Source: Octopus vulgaris
Lineage: Eukaryota
Assembly (NCBI GenBank): GCA_951406725.2
Contig: OX597820.1
Coordinates: 44,144,001-44,208,000, forward strand
DNA length: 64,000 nt
Reading direction: 5' to 3'
Under the pieces are notes generated by a model, which did not search any database, had not been told where the DNA came from, and worked only from the letters and a program-made list of their open reading frames with translations. Below, piece after piece: positions 13,856-28,358 of this stretch (its first letter is position 1; each line of letters begins with the position of its first letter). The translations under genes were made by a program, and so were the position numbers.

Positions 13856-14049
13856 AGCATTTATCGGTATGCCATTTTCACTATGTACCTCAGAAATTTC
13901 TGACTCATCGTGTGATGAGATCGAGGTGAATGCGCAAGAGAAAAGGGCTCCGTAGTAGAGAAACCATAAAATATGTAAGCAGAGCCTCTGTAAAACAAGA
14001 AACTAGAAGTTTTTCGAAGGGATGGCGCAGTGGCTTTCTTCAGTCACAT

Positions 14050-15950
14050 GCTCATATCATCACTACTAATAACTAATTAGTGCCACTAATACCACTTCTT
14101 CAACAAAACCAACCAAATTTGCCAACACTAACAACGACAAAGGGAATACACACAAACACCCACAACTAAAGAGAGAAAAACAACAACGAGCGCAACAACT
14201 AAGGGAAGAAAACAACATGCTTAACTTTTGATCACAAATAGCCATTCCCTCATAAATTTCAGTTCTAAGTATAACGAGGAAACTAAACTCAGATGGCAAG
14301 AAAAGCAAAGAGATCAGAGGATCAATTACAGAGATTTTTATCTCGTGGGCTTCCCATAAAAGCAACAAAATTTATCTACAAATAAACTATCAGAAAAGTT
14401 CTAAATAACATACAGGGCTTCAGTAATTTTGCAAACAAAAGAATTTTGGAACATTCAGGATTACGTCTTACCACAAGTTAAAGGTAGGTGACCTCTCTCA
14501 CTTTCTCTTTTTTCACCAATATACCCATATTAAGTTGAAGGAATATAAATGACATGCTATAGAGTCGGTTTTGGAACAAGGTAACATGCTCAATGAACTC
14601 AGGTTACTATATATACATATGATAGTCAACAGTGAGACCTTGATTTCCATTCCAAATCTACTTCGTCTATCCTTGACGACAAGCTGTGCACATCTCTTAG
14701 TCGGCCTGGATCGGGGGAGGGGGACAAGTTAGGAGTGTTGTTTCGGAAAAGTTTGGATCTTGAGACACGAGTGATCTTCTTGAAATTGGATAGTTTAGTA
14801 ACATGGTGAGTTTAGTAGCGAAATTAGTGTTGTCTATATTCTGTTGGACAACAGGAATTATTCAGATCTAGAATCGTCTGAAGGAACATCCTGCTTTTTA
14901 ATATTATCAGGACTGAAATCACATTTTAGACACACACATCAGGAGTTAACCGATAGGAAAGGGGTGTAAAATCCTCTCAAATGCGCTCAGATAGTTCCAA
15001 CTGTCTGACAGGTACCAATTGAATTTCCTGAATGTGATAGTAGTGTAGTTATGGAGCAACTGCTATGGATCAGGCAGATCATTTGTAGATAGAGTATTTG
15101 TAAGGACAACAGGCAGAGATGGTGCAAAGTGACCACACTTTCAACAGGTCGACTACATAATTCACCGAAAAGTAGTCTATACGATCGAACCAGAGTGAAC
15201 TCCTCAGCAAAGACCAGCAACTGATAACTGAACGCAAGATTCCCAATGTGAAAAGATTTACCGTCGTCGAATTAGAGAACTGATTAAGTGATAGTTAAAG
15301 GAGCCGATCGTTAATAAACACTGATGGAATGCACCATGGAAGGCGATTATAACAAAAGAATAAGTTTAGCCTGTTATAAAGAAAAAGGTTTAGGACACTA
15401 GTGCGAAAATTAGGAGAGGCGATTGCGAAAGGCGCTAACAATGAACGCCGATAACTTCTTCAAAACGAGACACGAAGATTTTGTTGACAAAATTAAGGCA
15501 TATGATCTAAAACACAAAGGGACAAAAGCTATTCAGTTGACTAGGGTGACAGAGGCGTAATATTTGCCAAAAAGTCACAATTCAGACTTTGATGGACAAA
15601 CACGCGCTTTCCAAAACAAATTTATGTCGCTTTCCATTGACTTATCTCGACTGTTCGAGGCAACCAATGTACCGAAAACGGTGGTGCACTTAAGTACACC
15701 ATGCTGCGACTCTCGAAGGATGCAGAGTACTCTCATCAGAGTGGAGTACATGCTTTCTCGCTTCCTATGGAAAGAAAAGGTTCAGGTTCTGCTAGTCACG
15801 GAATACATCCGGTGACAACGCTTACGCTTACTTCGTGGTGATCTCGGGATGACGTCACTGGTAATGCACAGGCGCACGCTGAAGCTGACTTACCTGCAGA
15901 ATGATCTCGACCAATGTGTCACTAATAACACTTACGGCTCAGTTCACCCT
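14050..15950 (+). mobile_element. Highly decayed L1/Tx1-like LINE remnant
   Basis: Fragments resembling APE (PGSG...GVLFRKSLDL..RVIFL, ~14700-14790) and post-RT sequence (VEYMLSRFLWKEKV, ~15740-15780); many stops. Confidence 0.45.
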
Positions 15951-16057
15951 AGTATTTCTTCAAAGTAAGACTAGATGTATACAAGAATACCAAAAGAAAT
16001 GTACCACTACTATATGACATTACCTAATTTAATAACTGGAATATTGAATGTACAGCT

Positions 16058-16343
16058 TAAAGTTTGTTCCTTCTCGAGCCATGCCTGGCTCATAAAGGCC
16101 GGTTTCTCGGTTTCCTTAACGTATAGGTTCCCCACCTGGACGGGACGCCGGTCCGTCGCAGGTGACCTGCAAGATGCAGGAGGAAAGAGTGAGAGAAAGT
16201 TGTGGCAAAAGAGTCAGCAGAAGTTCACCATTACCTTCTACCGGAGCCGCGTGGAGCTTAGGTGTTTCGCTCATAAACACACACATCACCCGGTCTGAGA
16301 TACGAACCCGCGATCCCTCGACTGCGAGTCTGCTGCTCTAACC
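16058..16343 (-). mobile_element. SINE family B variant
   Basis: Reverse complement of the copy at 41495-41745 (CTACCGGAGCCGCGTGGAGCTTAGGTGTTT core). Confidence 0.85.
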
Positions 16344-16456
16344 ACTAGGCCATATGCCTTCACACAGCTTAAAATACTGAGTATTACCTTGAGTTATAGT
16401 CTACTCAATTCATGTAAGAGATTTCTACCGCACTTATGCGCATGTGTACATACATT

Positions 16457-16505
<49 letters not shown>

Positions 16506-16508
16506 GTC

Positions 16509-16553
<45 letters not shown>

Positions 16554-17437
16554 GCTCTAATATCTATACAGCCTTTTTTATCACATTACGCAAAAAATTC
16601 ATATATGTATGTATTATTAATTATGAGAATTTGTGCAGCCCTAGTCCACTACTGTGTCTTTCAAAGTTAATTACGTCTAGAGTAATTGGCCACTTTACAA
16701 ATAGAATACTGAAACCGTTGTTGTTTTGCTATCACCATCTGCCCTTAACCAGAATAAATTACTTGTTTAGAAATCTCAGCAGCAGTTTCTTACTTAAAAA
16801 GAGTAAAGAGGAAGGGCACAAATACTAAGCTCTGTGGAATAGAAACTCAGAAATATATTTTAAAATCTTGATACGAGAAATAGCTGAGTAAGATATTTGT
16901 GATTCATGTTATCGAAATAAATCACTGCAAATTCAAATTTAGGATTCTTAAATGAGATTGCACAAATCATTTATCAGCGACATTGCCACTAAACGAACAA
17001 CTAACAGGTGGTTTTTAGATGTTGTAAATATAATATACTGTAATGTCATTTATATATATATATATGTATATGGTATGTGTGTGTGTGTATAGTCGTTTAC
17101 ATTTCTAGCACATCTTCACTGCTATTAATCTTTGTTCGTTGTGGATAAATATTAATGAATGTTGGTATAATGTGACTTGAGATGCAAAGTTGGGCAGCTG
17201 CATTGTCGTCTCGAAGTAATTAGAATACGTTCGCCTTGTACATTGACGATAAATAAAGTTGTACTGCTGTCTTTTAATGTACTACATCGACTTCTTAAAT
17301 ATTAAGTTCTCATCACCACAAGCTCTAATAAATATTACTTTCGTTTGTTTTGTTCTTTTCTTTTTAGCTTTTTATTTTATTCCTTCATAAGTTCAATTGA
17401 ATAAATTCACCACTGTCGCTGCTACTATTACAGCAAC

Positions 17438-17438
<1 letters not shown>

Positions 17439-17521
<83 letters not shown>

Positions 17522-17523
17522 TG

Positions 17524-17600
<77 letters not shown>
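17439..17600. repeat. (AAT)n microsatellite
   Basis: Directly visible. Confidence 0.98.
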
Positions 17601-17604
17601 CCTT

Positions 17605-17997
17605 TATACTAAAGGCACAAGGCCTAAAATTTGTGAGGAGGAGATTAGTCGATTACATCGACTCAGTGTTTCACTGGTATTTAATTTATCGACCCCGAAA
17701 GGATGAACGGTAAAGTCGACCTCTACGGAATTTGAACTCAGAACGTAAAGACAGACGAAATACCTATTTCTTTACTACCCACAAGGGACTAAACACAGAG
17801 AGGACAAACAAGGACAGACAAACGGATTAAGTCGATTATATCGACTCCAGTGTGTAACTGGTACTTATTTAATAAAACCGGAAAGGATGAAAGGCAAAGT
17901 CGACCTCGGCGAAATTTGAACTCAGAACGTAGCAGCAGGCGAAATACCACTAAGCTTTTCGTCCAGCGTTTTAACGTTTCTGCCAGCTCGCCGCCTT
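17605..17997 (-). mobile_element. SINE family C, dimer of ~184-bp units
   Basis: Two GTCGACCTC...GAACTCAGAACGTA units; the head reverse-complements to GGCGGCGAGCTGGCAGAAACGTT. Confidence 0.88.
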
Positions 17998-18000
<3 letters not shown>

Positions 18001-18030
<30 letters not shown>

Positions 18031-18160
18031 AAGAAGAAGAAGAAGAAGAAGAAGAAGAAGAAGAAGAAGAAGAAGAAGAAGAAGAAGAAGAAGAAGAAGA
18101 AGAAGAAGAAGAAGAAGAAGAAGAAGAAGAAGAAGAAGAAGAAGAAGAAGAAGAAGAAGA
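18001..18160. repeat. (AAG)n microsatellite
   Basis: Directly visible. Confidence 0.98.
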
Positions 18161-20290
18161 ATTTTAGGTTTTATACAAAGAAAAATGACGGTATAAGACG
18201 CAAGAAGGCTATAAAATGAATTATCAAAAACAAAAAAATAATATTTTCCAAAACGGGAGAGACTTTCGATGGCTGCTCGTAGAAAACCTACAAAACTACA
18301 GTCTCTCTGACCATTAGAACAAGTGCCCTCTCCTCACCTTCCTTACCCAATCTACAGGTGCATTCTTAGAGTAGGTTTATTCACTCGGACCATCCTCCCC
18401 ACATTCACGTAGCTTTCAACAAATTTGCTAGAAGATAGCACCTTCCTCTCCACACTCATCTTTTGTTTTTCGAAAGAAACTTGATGAAGGCTTCAGATTC
18501 TCGGAAGACGTCACCTCCTTTGACCGCCACTAAAGCTATCGAACACCAAGGTGAAATTTCTACTGATAGCATCGCCAATGGCTAAGGGCTGTGAGCGTCT
18601 GACCACATTCTAGATGCCAGGCGTCCTACCTCGGTGTACGTTTGATCCTGGACTGCATCTAAATCTGAAAAAAAGCTGCAGGAACATGAGTTTAACACAG
18701 TAACCAAACCTGCTCACCATCGAAGAAACACTGGAGATATCACAGCCTAAACGAATGTCTACTTATCATCAGGCATGGCATGCCCACTTTTGTCGATATA
18801 GTAGTAGTTGTAGGGGGGGGGGGGGTTCTGCTGTTGTGTGTAGAGTTGTGGCCCTTGCTGATGGTATATTTTCTGTTGTTTTAGTTGCTTTTATTTGCAC
18901 TACTGCTACTGCTGCACTTGTTGCTGTTGGTGCTGCAGTCACTGTTGCTGCTAGAGCTGTTACTGCTGTTTTCGTGGTTGCTGGTTTTATAGTTGCTATC
19001 ATTGAAGAGGTTTTGACCGCTTGCCACTCTTGGTGTTACCGCTGTTCTTATTGAAGTTGTTGCTGTTGTGCTGTTGAGCGAACAGTCTTCGTCCCAGAGC
19101 TCGCAAGATGGGAGAAGTCCGAAACGTGGTCCTTTGCTATTCGTAAGACCTGCAGAAGAGAAAGCAGGTCAACTCCTGAAACCGAGAGCATCAACGGATG
19201 GATTAATGCGCATCCAGGTTCAGCGGTTGCGTAGGAAGTCGGGGACAAGAAACAGGAAGAAAGAGTGAGAGAAAGTTGGAGCGAAAGCGTAAATAGGGGT
19301 CGCCACTACCCCCTTCCGGAGACTCGTGGTGCTTTAGGTGTTTTCGCTCAATAAACACACACGCGATCCTCCGACCGCGAGTCCGCTTCCCAAACTATTG
19401 GGCCATTGCGCCTCCACTTGCTGTTGAGGTGATAGCGCCGGAAGAAGTGGTGATCTTTCATCTTACTTTGTTTCCAGTGGAAAGAAGACTTTGATGTGGT
19501 TTGTCTCATTTCACAAGTGACGCCTCGAACTTTTGTCCTCAACGGCCCCGAATAATTTTGTGCCGTCCGACATTTCATCAGGCACGGGATGGATTTCATG
19601 TTAGTGATCCGTTTAGGTCGACAGCTCCATCTCTTCCCCTGACTAATTTTATTTCTGCAGCATCTGAGCCTGTAGAATATTAATGTTGCCCTCTTCTGCT
19701 CCTCTGGCAAATGTATGTTTTGGTGCTCTAGATCGGTCAAAGGTCTTATTTGAGGTTCGGTTATTGCTGGACGGATTCCAGGACATGGAATACATTCTAT
19801 CCAGACATCATGAGATATTTTTTGCATTTTCAAATCATTTAAAGGCAACATCATTTCTCTCTCTTTTTAGCTGCGAAGATGTACTCACCAACGCTAAATT
19901 TTCAAGTTGTCATGATTTTATTTTTGTGCTAGCGTCAATGGTGTGGGCAATGGTGAAAGTGTAACAAGCGAGTTTGTTGAAAGCACAAATGGATTTTCTG
20001 TTTTTCTGTTCCACGGTCTCGTTTTTCTTGTTGCTTTCGATTTATTAGTCGACGTTTCTGTTCTTGATGTTGCGGTTTCGGCATTGGTGGTGGATATGGT
20101 GGTTCTTTGTTGTAAAGGTGAGAAGTCGGCGTCAAGTCAGCTCTTCCAATCCTTGGTTATGGTCCCTTGACTATTTGTCGAAAAATCGACGGCCTGTTTT
20201 TGTGCATTTTGTTAAATAATAACGGGTAGATTTTAGAAACTAGAACACACATACTGCTACGAAGGAATGAAAATTTTACGAATCCAACTA
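18161..20290 (-). mobile_element. Internally deleted, decayed L1/Tx1-like LINE (ORF1-like remnant plus ORF2 C-terminus), interrupted by a SINE at ~19050-19416
   Basis: Minus strand gives ...VERKVLSSSKFVESYVNVGRMVRVNKPTLRMHL* near 18350-18460 and a decayed zinc-knuckle-like DGTKLFGAVEDK..HL*NETNHIKVFFP near 19480-19570. Family assignment is recalled, not searched. Confidence 0.45.
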
Positions 20291-20319
20291 GGCTCGGAGG
20301 ATGATTATATATATATATA

Positions 20320-20683
20320 TGGAAGCACTCCGTCGGTTACGACGATGAGGGTTCCGTTTGATCCGAATCAACGGAACAGCCTGCTCGTGAAATTAACGTG
20401 TAAGTGGCTGAGCACTCCATACGTGCACCCTTAACGTAGTTCTCGGGGATATTCAGCGTGACACAGAGAGTGACAAGGCCGGCCCCTTGAAATACAGGTA
20501 CAACAGAAACAGGAAGTAAGAGTGAAGAAAGTTGTGGTGAAAGAGTACAGCAGGGATCACCACCATCCCCTGCCGGAGCCTCGTGGAGTTTTTAGGTGTT
20601 TTCGCCCAATAAACACTCACAACGCCCGGTCTGGGAATTGAAACCGCGAGTCCGCTGCCCTAACCACTGGGCCATTGCGCCTC
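20320..20683 (-). mobile_element. SINE family B variant
   Basis: Head reverse-complements to GAGGCGCAATGGCCCAGTGGTTAGGGCAGCGGACTCGCGG; core shared with 19240-19416. Confidence 0.85.
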
Positions 20684-20730
<47 letters not shown>

Positions 20731-20763
20731 ATGTGTGTGTGTGTGTGTGTGTATACATTTATG

Positions 20764-20811
<48 letters not shown>

Positions 20812-21121
20812 TACACACATGGTGGTCATCGCTCTTATAAGTATATAATACAATTTACTGAACCTTCAGATTTTAATATGCTAGACCACTGGTGTTAAAT
20901 TGATGTTAATTAAATTAACATCTGATTTCTCACCCTCATTTTAAATTTAAATTTATATATATTGGCAATTAATAAGGGATTTCTCCAAACATTTACCGGT
21001 TTTACACAGTGAGGTATTCAAAATAGGTTATATATACAGTATATATAGATACATACATACATACATACATACATGCATGCATGCATGCATGCATACATAC
21101 ATACATACATACATACATACA

Positions 21122-21157
<36 letters not shown>

Positions 21158-21191
21158 TGTCTGTGTGTGTGTGTGTGAGTGTATGCAAATA

Positions 21192-21266
<75 letters not shown>

Positions 21267-21800
21267 GTGCGTATACGGTTGTGCATATATAAGGAATAAA
21301 TGCTTTCACTTTGCCAACACATTAAAGGATCATGTGTTGCTTTTTTGTATAATTTCTTCATTAGATGCTTGCAACTATTTACTAGTTGCATGTTGCTATT
21401 AGAGTTGCAGTGAACACTGCCACGCATGCTGCAGTTGCCGCTTTGATTAACCTAAACATAACTTTCTTCTGCTGATTAGGTTTCTTAAAAACGCATAAAT
21501 GTAGGAAAATCTAAGCAATCATGTTTTTCAAATCACTGAGTTATCAAACTTCACTGATCTTCCCAAAGGGTTCCACTCACTAATACTGCCTCGAGTCAAT
21601 AACTTACAGGCTAAAACATATGGAGAAAATATTGATAGTCTAGGTTGTGTTCGATTATAGATAGATAGATAGGTAGATGAATATACAGATATATAGATAC
21701 ATGCATGCATGTACGCATACATACATACATATATATATATGTGTGTGTGTGTAAACGGTGGTGCATCAGCATGGCCGCAGCTCTGAGCTGAAACTAGAGA

Positions 21801-21883
<83 letters not shown>

Positions 21884-21894
21884 ATATATATGTA

Positions 21895-22052
21895 TATACA
21901 GTTTCATAAATGTGAAACAAGGTACACACACACACATATAAATATGTATGTATGTACTCAAATACCAGTGGTAGCAAAAACTGTCCGATCGAACGGCAAT
22001 CGGGAAACTCAGAGTAACAATATTTGTTGAATTTTCTGCTGCTTTGAATCGA
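21895..22052 (+). mobile_element. PLE pseudo-LTR fragment with an inverted segment and a decayed HHR (21981-22020)
   Basis: 21895-21975 is the reverse complement of 54150-54205; CTGT-CCGATCGAA-CGGCAATCGG-GAAACTCAGAGTA-ACA. Confidence 0.65.
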
Positions 22053-22090
<38 letters not shown>

Positions 22091-22369
22091 TTGGTGATCT
22101 TTTATCTTATGTTTCATTCGTTTCATTCATTAGACAGTGGCTATTCTGGATCACCGCCTTGAAGGATTTTAATCGAACGAATTGACCCTGGTACTTATTT
22201 TTCAAAGTTTTGGTTTGTATTCTATGGGTGGCTTTTGCCGAACTACTAAGTCACAGGAAACATAAACACACCACGCCGGCTATTAAGCGATGGTGGAGGG
22301 ACAAACACAGTCACTGAAATACTCATACACACACACGCGCGCGCGCGCGCACGTACGCACACACGCACG

Positions 22370-22405
<36 letters not shown>

Positions 22406-22555
22406 CGACGGGCTTCTTTCAGTTTTCATCTACGAACCTAAGCTTCTACACAGCGGGGTTGAAAACGGAATCATATTGGTGGGACGCAAACTTCTTACCA
22501 CTCAGCCGTTTTTACTTTATAAATACTTTTAAGAAGATATAAATGTATATACGTC

Positions 22556-22586
<31 letters not shown>

Positions 22587-22597
22587 CTTTGTGTGTG

Positions 22598-22920
22598 TGA
22601 AGGCGCATGGCTCAGTGGTTAAAGTGTCGAGCTCACAAACATAAGGTAATGAGTTTGATTCCAGGACAGGGCTGTGCGTTGTGTTCTTGAGCAAGACACT
22701 TTATTTCACGTTGTTCCAGTTCACTCAGCTGTAGAAAAGAGTTGCGACGTCACTGGCGACAAGCTGTATCAGCCTTTGCCTTTCCCTTGGAAATCATCAG
22801 TGGCGTGGAGAGGGGAGGTTGGTGTGCATGGGTAATTGTTGGTCTTCCATAAACAACCTTGCCCGGACTTGTGCCTCGGAAGGGAACTTTCCATGAGCAA
22901 TCCCATAATCATTCATGATT
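22598..22920 (+). mobile_element. SINE family B, near full length
   Basis: GAAGGCGCATGGCTCAGTGGTTAAAG A-box, GAGTTTGATTCC B-box, GTGTTCTTGAGCAAGACACTTTATTTCAC core. Confidence 0.88.
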
Positions 22921-22926
22921 ACTCTT

Positions 22927-22978
<52 letters not shown>

Positions 22979-23229
22979 TGATATGTGTGTAGTTGTGTGT
23001 GTATGTATGTGTTGTGTGTGTGCATGCGTGCGTGTGTACGTACGTGTATGTACTGTGCACGTGTGTTTGTGTGTAGATTGTTGGACAGACAGGCAGATAG
23101 AAAAATAGTTACATAGATACGAATAGAACTACTATAGCGCGTTAGCGAAATGCAAATGCTAGGTGGAGATACGGTTGTAGATTTTTAATAGACACATCAT
23201 TTTTAGTTTCGCTCTTAACCGACCTGAGT

Positions 23230-24000
23230 AAGCTCTAGTCTCCTACGGGCTGCAGGAATTGTATAATCTGCCATTGAGTAGAGGCCAGTTAGTGCTAGGG
23301 TTGTATATCTGGCTTATCAGTAGCAAAATTCTTGACGTTCATTAACAGGATGTACCTCATGTGGCAATCCTCATTAATGGATACTGCGGACTGATGGACT
23401 ATGTAGTGATTCTAACAGAGGCCGAGTTGACAATTACAAACTCTAGATTGGTAGGGAGGGGTACTGTCAATGATGCTTCTCGTGATATTAGGGAAGACGT
23501 TTCGATAGTCGTAGAGTATCTTGATGGGACAAAACGAGTAAGTCTAGTTCCTACGCAATCCTGAATGAAAACTAGGATACTCTGAGAGGAAAACAAGCTG
23601 TGATGATCAGCTTTAAGGTTTTCGACAGACTAAATTTCCGACAGTCTCTGGCAGCTGCAAGACAGTATCAAGCATTACATAGCGCATCCGCGATAAGGCC
23701 TTTCCTCACTCGTCTGAAGTTTGTAATTGCCAGCTCGGCTTCCGTGAGAAACTGTATGTATTTCACTAACCCACTAGAGGAGATATCAGTCACCTTTGGT
23801 CACTTCTGTCACTAAATATATATTTACGTCCTTCTCAGCAAAATGATGCTAACAAACCTATAACCCAGCACCACTATAAGGCTTCTTTGCGTGGATATCT
23901 TCTTTTACAACGTGGACAATGTATCGTAATTCTCTGGAAAACAATAGAGTCTGGCGGGTGATAGAGAAACGGTATCAAATGTGAAAGTACTGAAATCTTC
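23230..24000. mobile_element. Two related LINE-like coding 3' ends in convergent orientation
   Basis: Plus strand ILTEAELTITNSRLVGRG versus minus strand FLTEAELAITNFRRVRKG; HCPRC upstream on the minus-strand copy. Confidence 0.45.
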
Positions 24001-24509
24001 GAGTCAAAACATTAGACGTCAACCACATAGGATCACAGTTTTTGGCAGCTGGGATTGAGCAGAAATTGTGACTAGAAGGATCCTGTACGACTGAGCAATT
24101 CAATCTAAATCACTTGCCTGTACACCTCCGAAATATATTATATATATAGTAGTTGTGGTAAAAAGTTTGCTCTCAGCCACACATGTATGTATGTATATAT
24201 ACATACATACATACATATATATCTATATCTATATAGTCTTTTGTGTCTCCTTGCTTTTGTGTCTTCTTCTAAAGCCCTTGAGTGACCAAAGCCTAGTGAT
24301 GAGAAAATCCGGTCGTATATGTATAAATGTATATAAGATTAATCAGCCAAAATTGCGAGGATGATCCGGTTCTTGACTAAAGATTAGAGGCTTCGAATGA
24401 CCCGTCCCTTTTTTGTGTCGTCTATTTGAATGTTTTGCGTTCTTATTCCATTTCGTATTTTTATATATATTCTTTATACATACATATATATATATAGATA
24501 TATATATAT

Positions 24510-24705
24510 AGGGAGAGTTTACGAAAAAAACAAAAGACGAAGGCCGGTGGTGAACAGGACAAACAGATGTATTAGTATAACGCTCAGGAATAGAAAAAGC
24601 ATGTTACGTTTCGAGCCTACGCTCTTCTACAGAAAGGGACACAGAAAAAATCAAGGAGAGAAACAAGGAAAGAAAAAAATGTGTGTAGTAGCTAACGATC
24701 TATCA
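24510..24705 (-). mobile_element. Solo PLE pseudo-LTR in (TA)n with an A6U-type HHR motif (24604-24636)
   Basis: Same family as 6306-6590; reverse complement CTTT-CTGTAGAA-GAGC gtag GCTC-GAAACGTA; 3' strand of stem I damaged. Confidence 0.75.
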
Positions 24706-24736
24706 TATTTATATATATATATATATATATATATAA

Positions 24737-24771
24737 CTGTCTGATGAAGCAAGAGAAACTCAGAGTAACAG
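24737..24771 (+). ncRNA. Minimal type-I hammerhead ribozyme motif
   Basis: CTGT-CTGATGA-agcaaga-GAAACTC a GAGTA-ACAG; stems I and III intact, stem II largely deleted relative to 54072-54109. Confidence 0.6.
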
Positions 24772-25053
24772 ATTTTGGGCTGCTTAAAATAAAGTATATA
24801 TATATATATACAGAGAGAGAGAGAGAGAGATGTGGGTGTGTCTTTGTGCTTATTTTTTTCCCACCACCACCGATTGACAATCGGTATTGGTTTGTTTAAA
24901 TCAATGTAATTTAGCAGGTCGATAAAGTAAGTACCAGGTTTAAGAAAACATAAGTACAGGGATCAATTTGTACCTCCAAACCCTTCAAAATGGTGCCCTA
25001 GCATGGCTGCAGCTCTAAGGCCGTACCTGGTAAAAAATAAACATGCACACACA

Positions 25054-25098
<45 letters not shown>

Positions 25099-25214
25099 AT
25101 ATGTGTTTTCTTTTATCTATATATCTTCATATATAGATATAGATATATATGTATGTATGTATATATACATAAATACATGTGTGTGTGTATGTGTGTGTAT
25201 TTATACATATATAT

Positions 25215-25563
25215 TCTTTCATTCTTTCTTCTTTCATTTGTTTCAGTCATTTGACTGACTGCGGCCATGCTAGGCCACCGGCTTTAGTCGAAAAAATCAA
25301 CCCAGGAATATTCTTTCTAAGCCTAGTACTTATTCTATCGGTTGTCAAGCAATGGTGGGGGATAAACACAGATACACAAATACACATGCAAGCACACACA
25401 GTCATACGAGGGGGCTTCCTTCAGTTTCGATCTACCAAATCCACTCACAAGGCGTTGGTCGGCCCAAGTAGAAGATACAGACTCAAGGTGCCACGTAGTA
25501 GGACTGAACCCGGAACCATGCGGTTGGGAAGCAAGCTCCTTACCACACGGCCGATCCTGCGCC
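25215..25563 (-). mobile_element. SINE family A with internal deletions
   Basis: Reverse complement of the family consensus. Confidence 0.85.
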
Positions 25564-25577
25564 TATGTATATGTGTG

Positions 25578-25627
<50 letters not shown>

Positions 25628-25696
25628 CATATATCATGTATATATATACAACACACACACACACACACACACACAGATATATACATGCAAGTATGC

Positions 25697-25792
<96 letters not shown>

Positions 25793-25817
25793 GTGTGTGC
25801 GTGTGTGTGTGTGTATA

Positions 25818-26212
25818 AGGCGGCGAGCTGGCAGAATCGTTAGCACTCCGGGCGAAATGCTTAGCGGTATTTCGTCTGCCACTACGTTCAGGGTTCAAAT
25901 TCCGCCGAGGTCGATTTCATCCTTTCGGAGTCGATTGAAATAAGTACCAGTTACCCACTGGGATCGATACAATCGACTTAATCCGTTTGTCTGTCCTTGT
26001 TTGGCCTCTTGTGGGTAGTAAAGAAATAGGTATTTCGTCTGCCGCTACAGTTCTGCGTTCAAATTCCGCAGAGGTTGACTTTGTCTTTCATCCTTTCGGG
26101 GTCGATTAAATAAGAACCAGTTTCACACTGGAGTCGATGTAATCGACTTAATCCTTTTGTCTCTCCTTGTTTGTCGCCTCTGTGTTTAGTCTCCTGTGGG
26201 CAATAAAGAAAT
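25818..26212 (+). mobile_element. SINE family C dimer
   Basis: GGCGGCGAGCTGGCAG head plus two units ending GTGGG(T/C)A(G/A)TAAAGAAATA. Confidence 0.88.
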
Positions 26213-26529
26213 ATATATACGTATATATGTTTGTGTGTATGCCTGTGTGTATATATATATATTATACATATCTTTTGCCAATGAACATGCGCACGTATAT
26301 GAGTGCATATACAAGTTGATGAATGGAAGTATCTATACCAGTAGATGCATGCGTGCTTTAGATTGAAGTGGATAGATGAATTACATGATTAATGTAATAA
26401 TTTTTTGTATTAATAAATTTCGTATAACTGCAAATTGCATTTGCAATTATATATACATTAAAGCAAATGAATTTTGTAACTATATGATATATACATATAT
26501 CGTTGTTTGACGTATGCTTATGGTTCTCA

Positions 26530-26533
26530 TTAA

Positions 26534-26611
<78 letters not shown>

Positions 26612-26785
26612 CTATGTATATACACACGCACACATATTCATATACATACATGCATATATATATATATATATATATATAAACACACACATATATATCTACA
26701 TATAAACATATATATACTATATATATATATATATATATAAATATATATGTATGTATATATATACATATATATACATATATATATG

Positions 26786-26818
<33 letters not shown>

Positions 26819-26839
26819 GTATATATATACATACATATA

Positions 26840-26890
<51 letters not shown>

Positions 26891-27403
26891 GTTTATATGT
26901 AGATATATATATATATGTGTCTGTTCATATATGTATATGTATATATACATATAATTACACGTATATTTATGTATATACTATATGCATTTATATATATATA
27001 TGTATATATATATATGCATGTATGTATATACATATGTGTGTGTGTATATACACATTTATATGTGCATGTAAATGCATATGTATATATATATGTATGTACA
27101 TATATATATATATACATATATACGCATGCATGTACTTATGCACGTATGATGATTGTATGTCCAATGTATGCCGTTGATTAGTGTATGTATATTAGCATAT
27201 ACTGTATATATACCCAGTATGCTGATTACTGATATATGTGTATTTGTGCATTTACATTGTTGTTTACAATGTGTATATACAAATGTTTATATATATATAT
27301 ATATATACATATTATCAGATGTATGTCTACAAATTGTCATTTAATTTGCGTCGCATTTATGCAGTGTATACTATAATGTGTGTGTGTGTGTGTGTGTGTG
27401 TGT

Positions 27404-27484
<81 letters not shown>

Positions 27485-27903
27485 GATATATAAATATACA
27501 GATGGATTATTTGATGGATGGATGGATGGATGGATGGATACCTGTTTGTAGTTCGGCTTCATGTATGTATATAGATAAATATATAGATAAATACATAGAC
27601 AAACAGACAGTTGGATAGGTAGAGAGAGGCGTATATATACAGATATATATTATACGTATTAATTATATATATATATATGCACAAATGTGTGTGTGCGTGT
27701 GTGTGCTTGTGTGGCTGTTTTTGTAGTTTATATATCATTGGTATTTTATTTCATATGTCGTTTATAAAGAGAGCTCAAGTTTTATATTATTTAATGTGCT
27801 CATCTTCAAAGCATTCAAAGTATTACATGTATCCGTATGTATAGAAATGCATATATAGTATACACCCGTTATATATGTGTGTATGTATGAAGCTGTATAT
27901 ATT

Positions 27904-27958
<55 letters not shown>

Positions 27959-28117
27959 GTGTGTGTGAGTGTGTGTGTGTGCGATCATGTAATTTCATCA
28001 CTATTCATGCTTGTATCTATATTTTGGAGATACGCGTTTATAATCAAATATGTGTATGTATGTATATATATTTATGTATATATATATATGCATATGCACA
28101 CACACATATATATATGC

Positions 28118-28162
<45 letters not shown>

Positions 28163-28258
28163 TATATACACACATATATATACACATATATATTTACATA
28201 TATATAAGAGGATATATATATAGACACACGCACATATATACTCATGTGTGTATGCATA

Positions 28259-28289
<31 letters not shown>

Positions 28290-28308
28290 GTGTATATATA
28301 TATGCATA

Positions 28309-28350
<42 letters not shown>
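26530..28350. repeat. Degenerate (TA)n/(TG)n/(CA)n/(GATA)n low-complexity tract
   Basis: Directly visible; source of the YI/CV/HT ORFs. Confidence 0.92.

Positions 28351-28358
<8 letters not shown>

Noticed and set aside
22598-22670. tRNA genes at SINE heads (also 12214, 12975, 33241, 41495 and others)
   Set aside because: A/B boxes are present but no complete cloverleaf is evident, and each continues into a SINE body.
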